The position numbers and the translations under genes are program-made. Below are positions 7,570-16,605 of a stretch of 31,837 nt of DNA, piece by piece (positions within the stretch are counted from its first letter, which is position 1; the number at the start of each line of letters is the position of its first letter). The DNA is from Armatimonadota bacterium (GTDB lineage Bacteria > Armatimonadota > SYMT01). The stretch spans positions 213,350 through 245,186 of the forward strand of contig JBKBRF010000005.1 of assembly GCA_046292385.1 (NCBI GenBank), given 5' to 3'. The notes beneath the pieces were generated by a model, which saw only the letters and a program-made list of their open reading frames with translations, had not been told where the DNA came from and made no database searches.

Positions 7570-10500
7570 CTACTTCTTGACGGTAACCGTGACCGACTTG
7601 CTGCCTCCGTTGTAGGTGGCGGTGACGGTCACCTGGGTGGTCGCCTTGACGCGGCCGGCACGGACCTTGAACTTCGCCGAGGTCTTCCCGTTCTTCACCA
7701 TCACCCGGTCCGGCACGGAGAGCGCGGTCGGGTCGCTGCTGGTGAGCGTTACCGCGGCGCCGAAGCTGGGAGCGCGGTCGGTAAGCTGGATCGTGCCGTT
7801 CCCCTTCTTTCGGCTCTTCAGCTTGGCGGGTTTGATCGCGAGCGACTTCAGCCCTGCGCCGGTGCTGACGGTGACGACCTGCGAGTAACCGGAGTCGCCG
7901 CTGGCGTTCGTGGCCCGGAGACGGTAGTAGAACGTCTCTCCGACCAGCAGCCCGGAGTCGGTGTAGGAGCGCGCGCTGCCGGACGGGGTGGCGATCTGCG
8001 CGAACTGGCCGCCGACCACCTTCCGCTCCAGCTTGAAGCCGCCCGCTCCGCCGTTCTGCGTCCAGGTGAGCTGGATGGAGCTCGCACCGGCGCTGGCGGA
8101 CAGGCCGCTCGGCACCGCCGGCAGGGTGAGGCCGGAGACCTCGTTCGACGGGTCGGAGTTGGCGGTCGCGCCGAGCGCGGTGACGCGGTAGGTGTAGGTG
8201 GTATTCGGGTCGACGCTGTCATCCGCGTAGGTCGTGGTATTCACCGGCAGAGCGCCCTGCAGCACCACGTACTGGCCGCCCTGCGTCTTCCGCTCCACCC
8301 GGTAGCCGGTCTCACGCGAGGTGGTGTCGGTCCAGGTGAGCGTGAGCTGTGCGGCGCCGGTGACCGCCACGTCGAGCAGCGTCGGCGTGCGGGGCGCGGC
8401 GTCGGTCGACTCGGTGCTCGCCGTCAGCGTCGTGGAGTAGCCGGAGGCGGAGCCGCCGCGGACCGCCCTCACCCGGTACTGGTAGGTGGTGTTGGGCGGC
8501 AGGCCGGTCTGGGTCAACGACGTGACGTTGGGGCCGGTGGCGCCCACCAGGGTAAAGCTGCCGTTCGTGCCGGTGCGGCGCTCCACCTCGAAGCCGTCTT
8601 CGTCCGCGTTGCCGTCGCTCCAGGCGATGGAGAGGCTCGTCTCCGTCGCGTCGGTCAGGCGCAGGTTGGTCGGCGCCACCAGCGGCTGCGGGAGCGGCGC
8701 GTTGCCGATCTTCGCGATGAAGCTGTCGCCGCCGCCGCCGGCGGTGCTCTGGACGGCGCTCTTCACCGGGAAGTTGTTCCCGCCGGTGATGCCGACGATG
8801 TAGGCGTTGCCCACCGGGTCGAGCGCGATGTTGCCCCCGTTGAAGAAATTCCCCTCGTTGGTGCTGTCCCCGATGATGACCGAGTAGACGTAGCCGTTTC
8901 CGGCGGCGTTGAACTGGGTGACGTAGCCGTCCCAGCCGCCGCCCGTTACCCCCGAAAGCGGGCTAAAGAGCGGGAAGCCAGCCGACCATGCCTCGCCCGT
9001 GACGTACGCCTGGCCTGCCTGGTTCACCGCGATGCCCCACCCGGTGGTGCCGAGGCTGCCACCGCCGTGATAGGTGCTGTAAACGAGCGTAGTGCCGGTG
9101 GCGTTGATCTTGGAGACGAAGGCGTCCCAGGTACCCGCCCTGGCGGTGCGGATGGCGTTCTGCCGTGGGAAGTCGTCCGACGTGGTGGTGCCGGTGACGT
9201 AGGCGTTCCCATTCGAATCGACCGCCAGGCCGTACAGGTTGTCCACCGCGCTGCCGCCGAGATAGGTCAGGAAGACGAGCGACGTCGAGGAGCTTCCCGC
9301 GGGGTTGATGCGGGCGATGAAGCCGTCCGCGTGGCCCGCATGGGTGGTTTGCAGGGCGCCGTTCGAGACGTAGAGATCATCCGTATCGGTGGAGCCGGCG
9401 ACGTAGACCGTGCCGAGCGGTCCCAGCGCGATCCCGTAGCCGTAGTCGCTGCCGCCGCCACCCAGGTAGCTCGAGAAGAGGATCGTCGAGCCGGTGGCGT
9501 CGAGTTGGGTTACGATGACGTCACCCAGGCCCCCGCCCATCGTCTTGTCAAACGCGTTCGCGGTGGTCGGGTAGTTGTTGCCGCGAGTGTAACCGGTGAT
9601 CCAGACACGCCCGACCGGATCGACCTCGATGTCCTGCCCGTAGTCCCACGCGCCGCTGTCGATCAGGGTCGAGTAGACCAGCTGGGAGCCGTCCGCGTTG
9701 AGCTTCGTCACGAAAAGGTCGTCGAAGATACCCTTCGTCGTCTGGTACGCTCCGGCGGTCGTGGGGAAGTCGGTCGAATTGGTATGCCCGGTCACGTAGG
9801 CATTGCCGTCCGCGTCTGCCGCGATCCCCATCTCCTGCCAGACGTGGCTGTCCTCGTCCGAGCCGCCCAGGTAGGTGCTGTAGACGAAGTTGCGGCCCGT
9901 GGGATCGATCTTGCAGACGAAGACGTCGGTCTTGCCGGCCGGACCCTGCCGCGCGCTGGAAGTCGGGAAGTTGGTCGACTTGGTCGCGCCGGTCACGTAG
10001 GCATAGCCCCACTGGTCGACCGCAATGCTCATCGCCACGTCTTCACCGGTGCCGCCCAGGTAGGAGGCGTAGGAGAGGACCGGGTCGATCACCAGCGGGT
10101 GGCGGTGATCGTACTCGCCCAGGCGGAACGCCACCTGGAACGGCTGCTTCGGATCCCGCCGGCTCTTCCGCGTGAGGGTGTACTCCCCCTCCACCGGCTT
10201 CCGCTGGCCTTCGATCTCCTGATAGACCACTGGGCGGTGCTTCCGCAGGGCGCCGGCGGGCGTGTGAAGCAGCAGGTCGCCATTCTCCGCGATCTCGGCG
10301 CGCTCGGCGCCGCTGATCTCCATCCGGATCTGCCCCGGGTCGGTCCCCGGCGCCACCACGAAGTCGTACTCGAGCTGGCGCTGCTTGCCGTAATAGACCA
10401 GGTCGATGCCGGGGTAGACCCCCTCGTACTCCACGCGTGCGAAGCTCGGCACGTGCGTCCGCCACCTGGCGGGGTCTTTGCCGAAGTAGTAGCTGGTAGT

Positions 10501-10884
10501 CCCGGGCAGTTGCTCCCGTCCGCTCACCTTCGGCTTTGGGTTCGCCCCGGTGAGGCGCATGCGGAGCACCGCCTCCTTCGGGGCGGCGGCGTTCGGCCCC
10601 GGCCGCTTCCCGGCTTCCCGGTGCCCGCGCGGAGAGGTGAGCGAGACGACCGCCTCGTTCCCCGTCAGGAAGAGCGCGTAGCCGCCGCCGCGGGCCAGGA
10701 ACTTTACCTGGCGATCGGTCTGGCCCTGGTTCTTCTCGAACGCGAGCGGCAGGCTGCCGTACTCGGCGTCGAGCCGGCCCGGCGAGGCGGCTCCGGGCCG
10801 CGGCGACGCCCCCACCAGCATCGTGAGGGTGAGCCCCGCGAGCGCCAGCCCGGCGAGGCACGGTTTCAGCTTCGTGGTCATCAT
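7570..10884 (-). CDS. secreted SBBP beta-propeller repeat protein with three fibronectin type III domains and a C-terminal Ig-like domain
   Basis: Signal peptide; LPLAFEKNQGQ...YPGIDLVYYG...LEYDF...PLVIDP N-domain; repeated YSTYLGG/IAVDxxGNAYVTGxTxSxDFP units; FN3 motifs (W..GFxVER..YxYRVxA). Confidence 0.9.
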   Translation of the reverse strand: MMTTKLKPCLAGLALAGLTLTMLVGASPRPGAASPGRLDAEYGSLPLAFEKNQGQTDRQVKFLARGGGYALFLTGNEAVVSLTSPRGHREAGKRPGPNAAAPKEAVLRMRLTGANPKPKVSGREQLPGTTSYYFGKDPARWRTHVPSFARVEYEGVYPGIDLVYYGKQRQLEYDFVVAPGTDPGQIRMEISGAERAEIAENGDLLLHTPAGALRKHRPVVYQEIEGQRKPVEGEYTLTRKSRRDPKQPFQVAFRLGEYDHRHPLVIDPVLSYASYLGGTGEDVAMSIAVDQWGYAYVTGATKSTNFPTSSARQGPAGKTDVFVCKIDPTGRNFVYSTYLGGSDEDSHVWQEMGIAADADGNAYVTGHTNSTDFPTTAGAYQTTKGIFDDLFVTKLNADGSQLVYSTLIDSGAWDYGQDIEVDPVGRVWITGYTRGNNYPTTANAFDKTMGGGLGDVIVTQLDATGSTILFSSYLGGGGSDYGYGIALGPLGTVYVAGSTDTDDLYVSNGALQTTHAGHADGFIARINPAGSSSTSLVFLTYLGGSAVDNLYGLAVDSNGNAYVTGTTTSDDFPRQNAIRTARAGTWDAFVSKINATGTTLVYSTYHGGGSLGTTGWGIAVNQAGQAYVTGEAWSAGFPLFSPLSGVTGGGWDGYVTQFNAAGNGYVYSVIIGDSTNEGNFFNGGNIALDPVGNAYIVGITGGNNFPVKSAVQSTAGGGGDSFIAKIGNAPLPQPLVAPTNLRLTDATETSLSIAWSDGNADEDGFEVERRTGTNGSFTLVGATGPNVTSLTQTGLPPNTTYQYRVRAVRGGSASGYSTTLTASTESTDAAPRTPTLLDVAVTGAAQLTLTWTDTTSRETGYRVERKTQGGQYVVLQGALPVNTTTYADDSVDPNTTYTYRVTALGATANSDPSNEVSGLTLPAVPSGLSASAGASSIQLTWTQNGGAGGFKLERKVVGGQFAQIATPSGSARSYTDSGLLVGETFYYRLRATNASGDSGYSQVVTVSTGAGLKSLAIKPAKLKSRKKGNGTIQLTDRAPSFGAAVTLTSSDPTALSVPDRVMVKNGKTSAKFKVRAGRVKATTQVTVTATYNGGSKSVTVTVKK

Positions 10885-10992
10885 GGTCCCTGAGTGAGTC
10901 TCCGGAAGGCGGAAAGAGCGGCCTTCGGTTGGGTTAGGACTGCGTCTCGTTGCCGGTCGGCGGGCTGCGCACGGCCCGCGGGTGAAGAAAAA

Positions 10993-12732
10993 CTAGGGTG
11001 CGGACCTTCGCTGGAGGTGCGCTTCGATTGCTTTCACGGCGGCGGCGGCGCTCATCGGCACCAGCCCCTCGTCGTTCTCGGCGGCGTAGCGCAGCGCGGG
11101 CAGGCTGCGCTCACCCCCGATCTCTTTCAAAATGCGGCACGCCTCGTTGCGGGCCCATCCGTCCCGCTCCCGCAGCAGCGCCAGCACGGCGCCCTCGGCC
11201 CGCGGCCCCAGCGCGATCAACGCGTTGGCGGCGAAGCCGCGGTCGCGGTTCTCCGCCACGCGGCGGCAGAGCGGCTCCGCGGCGCGGAGGTCTTTGAGCT
11301 TGCCGAGCGTCTCGATCGCGGCCCACTGGACGCTGAAATGCGGGTCCTCGAGCGCTCCGATCAACGCCGGCACGCTCTCCGGGCCGCCCCACACCGCCAG
11401 CTGCGCGGCCGCCGCGCCGCGGACGAAGTGATCCGCATCTTTCAGGCGGGCGCACAGCGCCCGGGCTACCGCGGGCCGCTCCGACCCGGGGCGCAGGTGT
11501 GCGAGCCGATGGACCGCGCTCCGCCGCGACGCCGCGTCGGCCGACTTCAACCCCGCCAGCGCCTCCCCGATCTCGCCGCCCGCGGTGGGCGCCGGCGAGG
11601 AGACCGCTTTCGGGGCGGCGGCCTTCGGCGAGGTGGTAATCACCGTTTCGGTGCGAGCGGACTCGTGCCGCGCCGGTGCCGCCGGGGGCAGAGCGGCCGC
11701 GGTCTCGCGCGCGGCGAGCTGCCACGGAACCAGGAGCAGCAGCGCCGCGCCGGCGAGCGCGGCTCGCGCCCCCATCGAGGGCGCGGGGGAGAAACCGGCG
11801 TGGGCCAGCGCCGCGAGCCGGAGCTTGAGCGCGTGGGGGCTCTCATCTCCGGAGAAGGTGGCGAAGCCCGGCTGCAGCGGGAGGCGGGTCTGCGCCGCGA
11901 CCTTCACCAGCACCGCCCCGTACTCCGCCGGGCTTGCCTGGGCCGCGGCCAGCGCGGCTTCGTCGGTCGCCAGTTCCTGCGCCAGCCGCCACTCCCGATT
12001 GCCGAGCCACACCAGCGGGTGGAACCAGAAAAGCGCCTGCACGAGCGCGGGGAGCCAGCCCCACACCAGGTCCCGCCGCCGCAGGTGAGAGAGCTCGTGC
12101 GCCAGGATCAGCCGCGCCTCCGCGGCGTCGGTCCGCGCCAGCAGCGCGGTCGGCAGCAGGATCGCCGGACGGCGCAGCCCCACGATCAGCGGGCTCGCGA
12201 TCTCCGCCGCCGTGAGCAGGCCGGCGCCGCGCCGGATGCCGAGTCGCTGGCAGAGCTCCGCGCAGGCGGTCAGGAGCCGCTCATCCTGTACCGCCGGGCA
12301 GACCCGGAGCAGCCAGTGCGCCGTCCCGTACTCTCCGGCGATGCGGGCGAGCAGCCAGAGCGTGCCGGCGGCCCAGACCGCCAGCAGGACCGTCACGCCG
12401 CTCGGCCGCGGCGAGGGTGCGGGACGTGCGGGAGCAGGCGGGACGACCGACGTGGTAGATGGGGCGGCGACCCGAGCGGGAGTTGGAGCGGGCTCGCGCG
12501 GCGCCGGGAGCACCGGCAGCGCGACCGGGGTCGCCCAGAAGAGCGCGAGGAGCAGCTTGAGGTAGGCGAGCCGCCAGAGCCAGCAGCGCGTCCGGGTGCC
12601 GATCCGGGGGAAGAGGCGGCAGATCCCCCACGCCGCGGTGAGGGCGATCCCTCCCTGCCACGACGCGCGGAAGAGGTGCCCCGCCCCCGCGGCGGCGATC
12701 TCGTCCGCCACTCTCAGCCAGTCCCCGCTCAT
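10993..12732 (-). CDS. BlaR1/MecR1-like M56 metallopeptidase with C-terminal HEAT repeats
   Basis: RCWLW, SPLIVGLRRPAILLP, HELSH zinc motif, LFWFHPLVW, QELATD; then a TM helix and HEAT-like repeats (VRGAAAAQL, AVQ-type WAAIETLGKL, ARNEACRIL); 4-bp overlap with the blaI-like gene. Confidence 0.92.
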   Translation of the reverse strand: MSGDWLRVADEIAAAGAGHLFRASWQGGIALTAAWGICRLFPRIGTRTRCWLWRLAYLKLLLALFWATPVALPVLPAPREPAPTPARVAAPSTTSVVPPAPARPAPSPRPSGVTVLLAVWAAGTLWLLARIAGEYGTAHWLLRVCPAVQDERLLTACAELCQRLGIRRGAGLLTAAEIASPLIVGLRRPAILLPTALLARTDAAEARLILAHELSHLRRRDLVWGWLPALVQALFWFHPLVWLGNREWRLAQELATDEAALAAAQASPAEYGAVLVKVAAQTRLPLQPGFATFSGDESPHALKLRLAALAHAGFSPAPSMGARAALAGAALLLLVPWQLAARETAAALPPAAPARHESARTETVITTSPKAAAPKAVSSPAPTAGGEIGEALAGLKSADAASRRSAVHRLAHLRPGSERPAVARALCARLKDADHFVRGAAAAQLAVWGGPESVPALIGALEDPHFSVQWAAIETLGKLKDLRAAEPLCRRVAENRDRGFAANALIALGPRAEGAVLALLRERDGWARNEACRILKEIGGERSLPALRYAAENDEGLVPMSAAAAVKAIEAHLQRRSAP

Positions 12733-13121
12733 TCCGGCCGGTCCCCGCGCTGCGACTTGAGATCCTCGACGAGCTGCTGAAGCTCCTCCAGCTCCTCGTC
12801 CGAGATCCGCTTGTTTCCGGAGAGATAGGCGACCACCGGGGAGATGGAGCCGCCGAGCACTCGTTCGACAAACTGGCGCACTACCCCTTGCATCACGTCC
12901 GACTGTGAAACGCGGGGCGCGTAGCGGTAGACGCCCTGCTGCCGGCGGCGTACCAGGTAGCCCTTGGCGCGAAGCCGCTCCAGGACCGTGGTGACCGTGG
13001 TCCGGGCGAGGCCGTGCTCCGCGCCGTAGCTGTCCGCCACGTCCCGCGCGCTGATCGGCGCGTGGGCGGCGACGTAGCGCAGCATCTCCAGCTCCTGCTC
13101 ACCCAGCGCTCGCGGCTCCAC
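12729..13121 (-). CDS. BlaI/MecI/CopY family transcriptional repressor
   Basis: LGEQELEML, LARTTVTTVLERLRAKGYLVR, YRYAP, FVERVLGGS; GTG start at 13121 with GGAGGG RBS. Confidence 0.95.
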   Translation of the reverse strand: MEPRALGEQELEMLRYVAAHAPISARDVADSYGAEHGLARTTVTTVLERLRAKGYLVRRRQQGVYRYAPRVSQSDVMQGVVRQFVERVLGGSISPVVAYLSGNKRISDEELEELQQLVEDLKSQRGDRPE

Positions 13122-13142
13122 CGGTAACCCTCCGCCCAATCG

Positions 13143-13177
13143 GACTACTCGTGTAGTCTATGACTACAGCCGTAGAC
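13143..13177. promoter_or_regulatory. tandem BlaI-type operator palindromes GACTAC-N4-GTAG(T/A)C
   Basis: GACTACTCGTGTAGTC (13143-13158) and GACTACAGCCGTAGAC (13162-13177) just upstream of the repressor; resembles the TACAnnTGTA BlaI/CopY box. Confidence 0.8.
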
Positions 13178-13229
13178 AGTGGTTGCAACACTTTTCGGAG
13201 GGAATTCCGGAGCGCGCCGCGTTGTCCGG

Positions 13230-16200
13230 TTAGGGCGTAGTTTCCTGCCGCAGGCGGGCGAGCAGGAACGCGTCGAGGCGGCCTTCGTCGAGCACGCCGG
13301 CCACGTCTGAGATCCGGATCTCGGTGCGGGGGTCGCGCACGTAGCGGTGTCGTCCCTGGCTGTAGATGCGCACGATCGAATCGGCGGCCTCGACGTCGGC
13401 CTCGACGCGCGGCGTGGGCGGCTCCTCCGGGAGCTCCGGATCGTCGAGTGGCAGCACGATCACCCGGGCGAGGTGGCGCCCGCGCTGGTCGCCGCTGCCG
13501 AGGCTCAGCTTGTGAAGGCCCGCCTCGCCGCGGAGGAACGCGTAGACGTTGGGGCCACGCACGCAGATTGCCCGGGCGCTCGGGAGCGCGTCCGCGGCGT
13601 GCTCTTCCCGCTCGTCCCCCGCCTCCCACGCACACTCGTAGCCCTTCCGCTCTGCCCAGCACCGGTACATCATCAGCAAGCGTCCGGCCCACTCCTCCGC
13701 GCCGGGACCGACCGGCGCGACGCGGAGCAGGGCGCGGTCGTGCCGATCCTCGGTGGCTGCGGCCGCCAGCTCGAGCTGCAGATAGGAGAAGTCGGCTTCC
13801 AGCCGCTCGACCGCCTCCGCCAGCTCCGGCAGCGCCCGTCGATCCCGCTGGCCGCGCATGCGGCGAGCCCGCTCGGCGAGCACTTCCCCCCGCTCCACGA
13901 GGGAATCGAGCCGCTTCAGCACGCGCTCGAGCTGGTAGACCCGCTGGAGCGTGCCGCGGGCGCTCCCCGGCTCGTCCCAGAAGGTCGGCTCGTGGGTGCG
14001 GTCCAGGAGCGTGCTCTTCTCCCGGCGCAGCGACACGGCCACGGGGCCCTGGTCTTCCGCCGTGCCTTCCGCCTGGAGCCGCTCCAGCCGGCGGGTGACT
14101 TCCGCCAGGTCGGCCTCCAGCCGGCGGTCGGGCGCCGGCTCGCGCGCGGGGGTCTCCAGCTCCTCGCCGCTCTCCAGCGGCACCAGGCCGAGGTGGATCC
14201 GGCCGTCGCGGACCGTAAAGCGGAGCAGGTAGCGGTGGTCGACCTCCCGGTCCATCAGCTGACGCGCCAACGGCAGGATCACCGCGCGCTCGATCTCCCG
14301 CTGCAGCGGCCGGGCGCCGTAGAGCGGGTGGAAGCCCTGCTCAGCCAGGCGGTCGATCACCGCGTCGTCGATCTCCACCAGCAGGTTCCGGCGCACGATT
14401 CCCTGGCGCATCAGCAGCTTGCCCAGCTCTCGGCGGGTGATGCGACGCATCGCCTCCACGGTGAGCGGGCGGAACGCGACGATGCGGTCGATCCGGTTGA
14501 AGAACTCCGGGCGGAAGAACCCCTCCGCCTGCTTGATGAAGTGCGCGCGCACCCGCTCCGCCGACTCGCCGTCCGAGGCTTCCGACCCGAACCCGATCGC
14601 CTGCATCTCCCGGCGGCTGGCGGCGAGGTTCGAGGTCATGATGATGATCGCGTTGCGGAAGTCGGCCGTGCGCCCGCCGGCGTCGGTGAGCCGGCCCTCC
14701 CCCAGCACGCCGAGAAGCGCGTCGAACACCTCCGGATGCGCCTTCTCCAGCTCATCGAGCAGCACCACGCTGAACGGCTGCTCCCGGACTCGCCGGGTCA
14801 GCTCCCCTTCGTCCTCCGGCTTCCAGGCGGAGCCGATCAGGCGCGGGAGCGCGTCCGCAGAGGCGTACTCGCTCATGTCGAAGCGGAGCATGCGGTCGCG
14901 GCTGCCGAAGAGATACTCCGCCAGCACCTTCGCCATCTCCGTCTTACCAACCCCCGTCGGCCCTACGAAGAAGAAGCTGCCGAGCGGCTTGTTCGGATCG
15001 TTCAGGCCGGTCTTGAGGACGGTGACGAGATCGACCATCGCCTCCACGCCGTCCGGCTGTCCCAGCAGCCGCTCCTCGAAGTAGGTCCGCACCTCCTTCA
15101 GCGTCAGCGGGGAGCGGTCGGAGAGCAGGAAGTGCGGCAGTCCGGTAGCCCGCGTGAAGCCGGCCACCACGTCGTCGCGCCCGAGCGTGCGGGGCTCGGC
15201 GTCCGCCGCCGCGGGGCCGGCCAGGTCTCGCACCAGCTCTTCGAGCAGCCGCACCGCCTTGCCGGGGAAGGCGCGGTACGGCAGGAACCGGGTGGTGAGG
15301 TCGCAGACCGCGGTGAGCGCGTCCGCCTCCACGCGGACCGGGTGCTCCCCTTCCAGCCGGCGGGCGACCGCCTGGAGGATGGCGTGGGTGTCCGGGTCGT
15401 CGGTCGGCGGCACGTCGATCCGGCGGAAGCTCTGGATGAAGCTCGGCTCCCGCCGCAGCTCGCTGGCGTACGCCTCCGGCGAGCACTCGCAGATCAGCGT
15501 CACCTCGCCGCTCTCCATGTAGGGGCGGAGGTAGCGGCCCAGGTTGTTGTCGCTTCCGCTGAAGCGCCCGGCGCCGAGGATTTCGTTCGGATCTCCCATG
15601 TAGAGGAGCTGCCGGCCCTGCTGCACCTGCCGGACCAGCTTCTGCGCGCGGCCCTGCCACTCGCCGTAGTACTTCATCCCGGCGATCAGGTTGTTCGCGG
15701 TCACGAACCAGAGGGCGCGTTCCCGCAGCCCCTCCGGCACGCTCCCCTCCGCCAGCCGGCGGGCGACGTCGTGCACCAGCGCGGTCTTGCCGGAGTCCGG
15801 CGGCCCGACGAGCAGCACGCTGTTGTGGCGGTCGGAGCCGAGGATCGCCAGGAGCTGCTCCAGCAGCGCCTCCCGCCGCGCCGCCGCGCTCAGCCGTCCG
15901 GCCGCCGCCTGGGCGGTCAGGTCGACGCCGCAGAGCGCCAGCACGCCGCCCTCGGAATCCGCCTCGTCGTCTTCGTCGCCGGAGCCCGGGAACCCGGCTC
16001 CCGACCCGGATTCCTGATCCGACTCCCCCAGCGAGAGGGAGATGCAGTCGAGCGACTCCTCTCCTTCCAGGTCCGCCTCCAGCACCTTCGCCGGCTTGCG
16101 GTCCCGCAGGTACTCACAGAGCGCCTCGCGCGCCGCCTCCTCCACCCGCGCCTCGTTCCGCGTTACCGCCTGGAAGCCGGGCAGCCGCGGCGCGCGCAGC

Positions 16201-16517
16201 AGCAGGCGAGGTCCGTCCTGGGAAGGCAGCCGCGAGACCAGCACGCTGATCGTCGCCGGGATCGGCTCGCCCTGCCCCTTCCGCCGGCAGTCGACCTCCA
16301 CGCGGACCGGGATCAGCGACTCGTCCTCATAGAACGGAGCGTCGCTCCACGAGCCGCGGTCCCGCCACTGGAGCTGCGCCGTCAGGTCCCGCCGCAGCGC
16401 TTCGATCGCAGCCTCCCGCGTCTCCTCGTAAGAGCGAAGCTCCGGCAGCGCCACCGGCTGCGCGCTGAAGTAGCCGCTGCGGTCCTGGCGGATGAAGAGT
16501 CGGAGGCGGATTTCCAT
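13230..16517 (-). CDS. ClpA/ClpB-family double AAA+ protein fused to a C-terminal release factor (RF2/PCRF)-like region
   Basis: Walker A motifs GPPDSGKT and GPTGVGKTE, RFDMSEY, LLDELEKAH, MTSN, RPEFFNRID, YGARPLQR; C-terminal FWDEP, MYRCWAERKGY, LRGEAGLHKL, VRDPRT..VLDEGRLDAFL resemble RF2. Confidence 0.9.
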   Translation of the reverse strand: MEIRLRLFIRQDRSGYFSAQPVALPELRSYEETREAAIEALRRDLTAQLQWRDRGSWSDAPFYEDESLIPVRVEVDCRRKGQGEPIPATISVLVSRLPSQDGPRLLLRAPRLPGFQAVTRNEARVEEAAREALCEYLRDRKPAKVLEADLEGEESLDCISLSLGESDQESGSGAGFPGSGDEDDEADSEGGVLALCGVDLTAQAAAGRLSAAARREALLEQLLAILGSDRHNSVLLVGPPDSGKTALVHDVARRLAEGSVPEGLRERALWFVTANNLIAGMKYYGEWQGRAQKLVRQVQQGRQLLYMGDPNEILGAGRFSGSDNNLGRYLRPYMESGEVTLICECSPEAYASELRREPSFIQSFRRIDVPPTDDPDTHAILQAVARRLEGEHPVRVEADALTAVCDLTTRFLPYRAFPGKAVRLLEELVRDLAGPAAADAEPRTLGRDDVVAGFTRATGLPHFLLSDRSPLTLKEVRTYFEERLLGQPDGVEAMVDLVTVLKTGLNDPNKPLGSFFFVGPTGVGKTEMAKVLAEYLFGSRDRMLRFDMSEYASADALPRLIGSAWKPEDEGELTRRVREQPFSVVLLDELEKAHPEVFDALLGVLGEGRLTDAGGRTADFRNAIIIMTSNLAASRREMQAIGFGSEASDGESAERVRAHFIKQAEGFFRPEFFNRIDRIVAFRPLTVEAMRRITRRELGKLLMRQGIVRRNLLVEIDDAVIDRLAEQGFHPLYGARPLQREIERAVILPLARQLMDREVDHRYLLRFTVRDGRIHLGLVPLESGEELETPAREPAPDRRLEADLAEVTRRLERLQAEGTAEDQGPVAVSLRREKSTLLDRTHEPTFWDEPGSARGTLQRVYQLERVLKRLDSLVERGEVLAERARRMRGQRDRRALPELAEAVERLEADFSYLQLELAAAATEDRHDRALLRVAPVGPGAEEWAGRLLMMYRCWAERKGYECAWEAGDEREEHAADALPSARAICVRGPNVYAFLRGEAGLHKLSLGSGDQRGRHLARVIVLPLDDPELPEEPPTPRVEADVEAADSIVRIYSQGRHRYVRDPRTEIRISDVAGVLDEGRLDAFLLARLRQETTP

Positions 16518-16605
16518 CGGTGTACGGCGGGGGTGCTGGCTGGCGGGAGAGTCGCCGGCTCCGCAGAGTCTAGCGTGCTCCCGGGGAGGGGCGTATCTTG
16601 TATTG

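Noticed and set aside
7411..10893. 1160-aa plus-strand ORF
   Set aside because: Antisense shadow of the SBBP/FN3 gene; Arg/Gly-rich with no motifs, typical of high-GC DNA
13230..14120. Calling the C-terminal region a functional prfB or a prfB pseudogene
   Set aside because: In frame with the ATPase, lacks GGQ and SPF, and has no stops or frameshifts; better read as a fused degenerate domain
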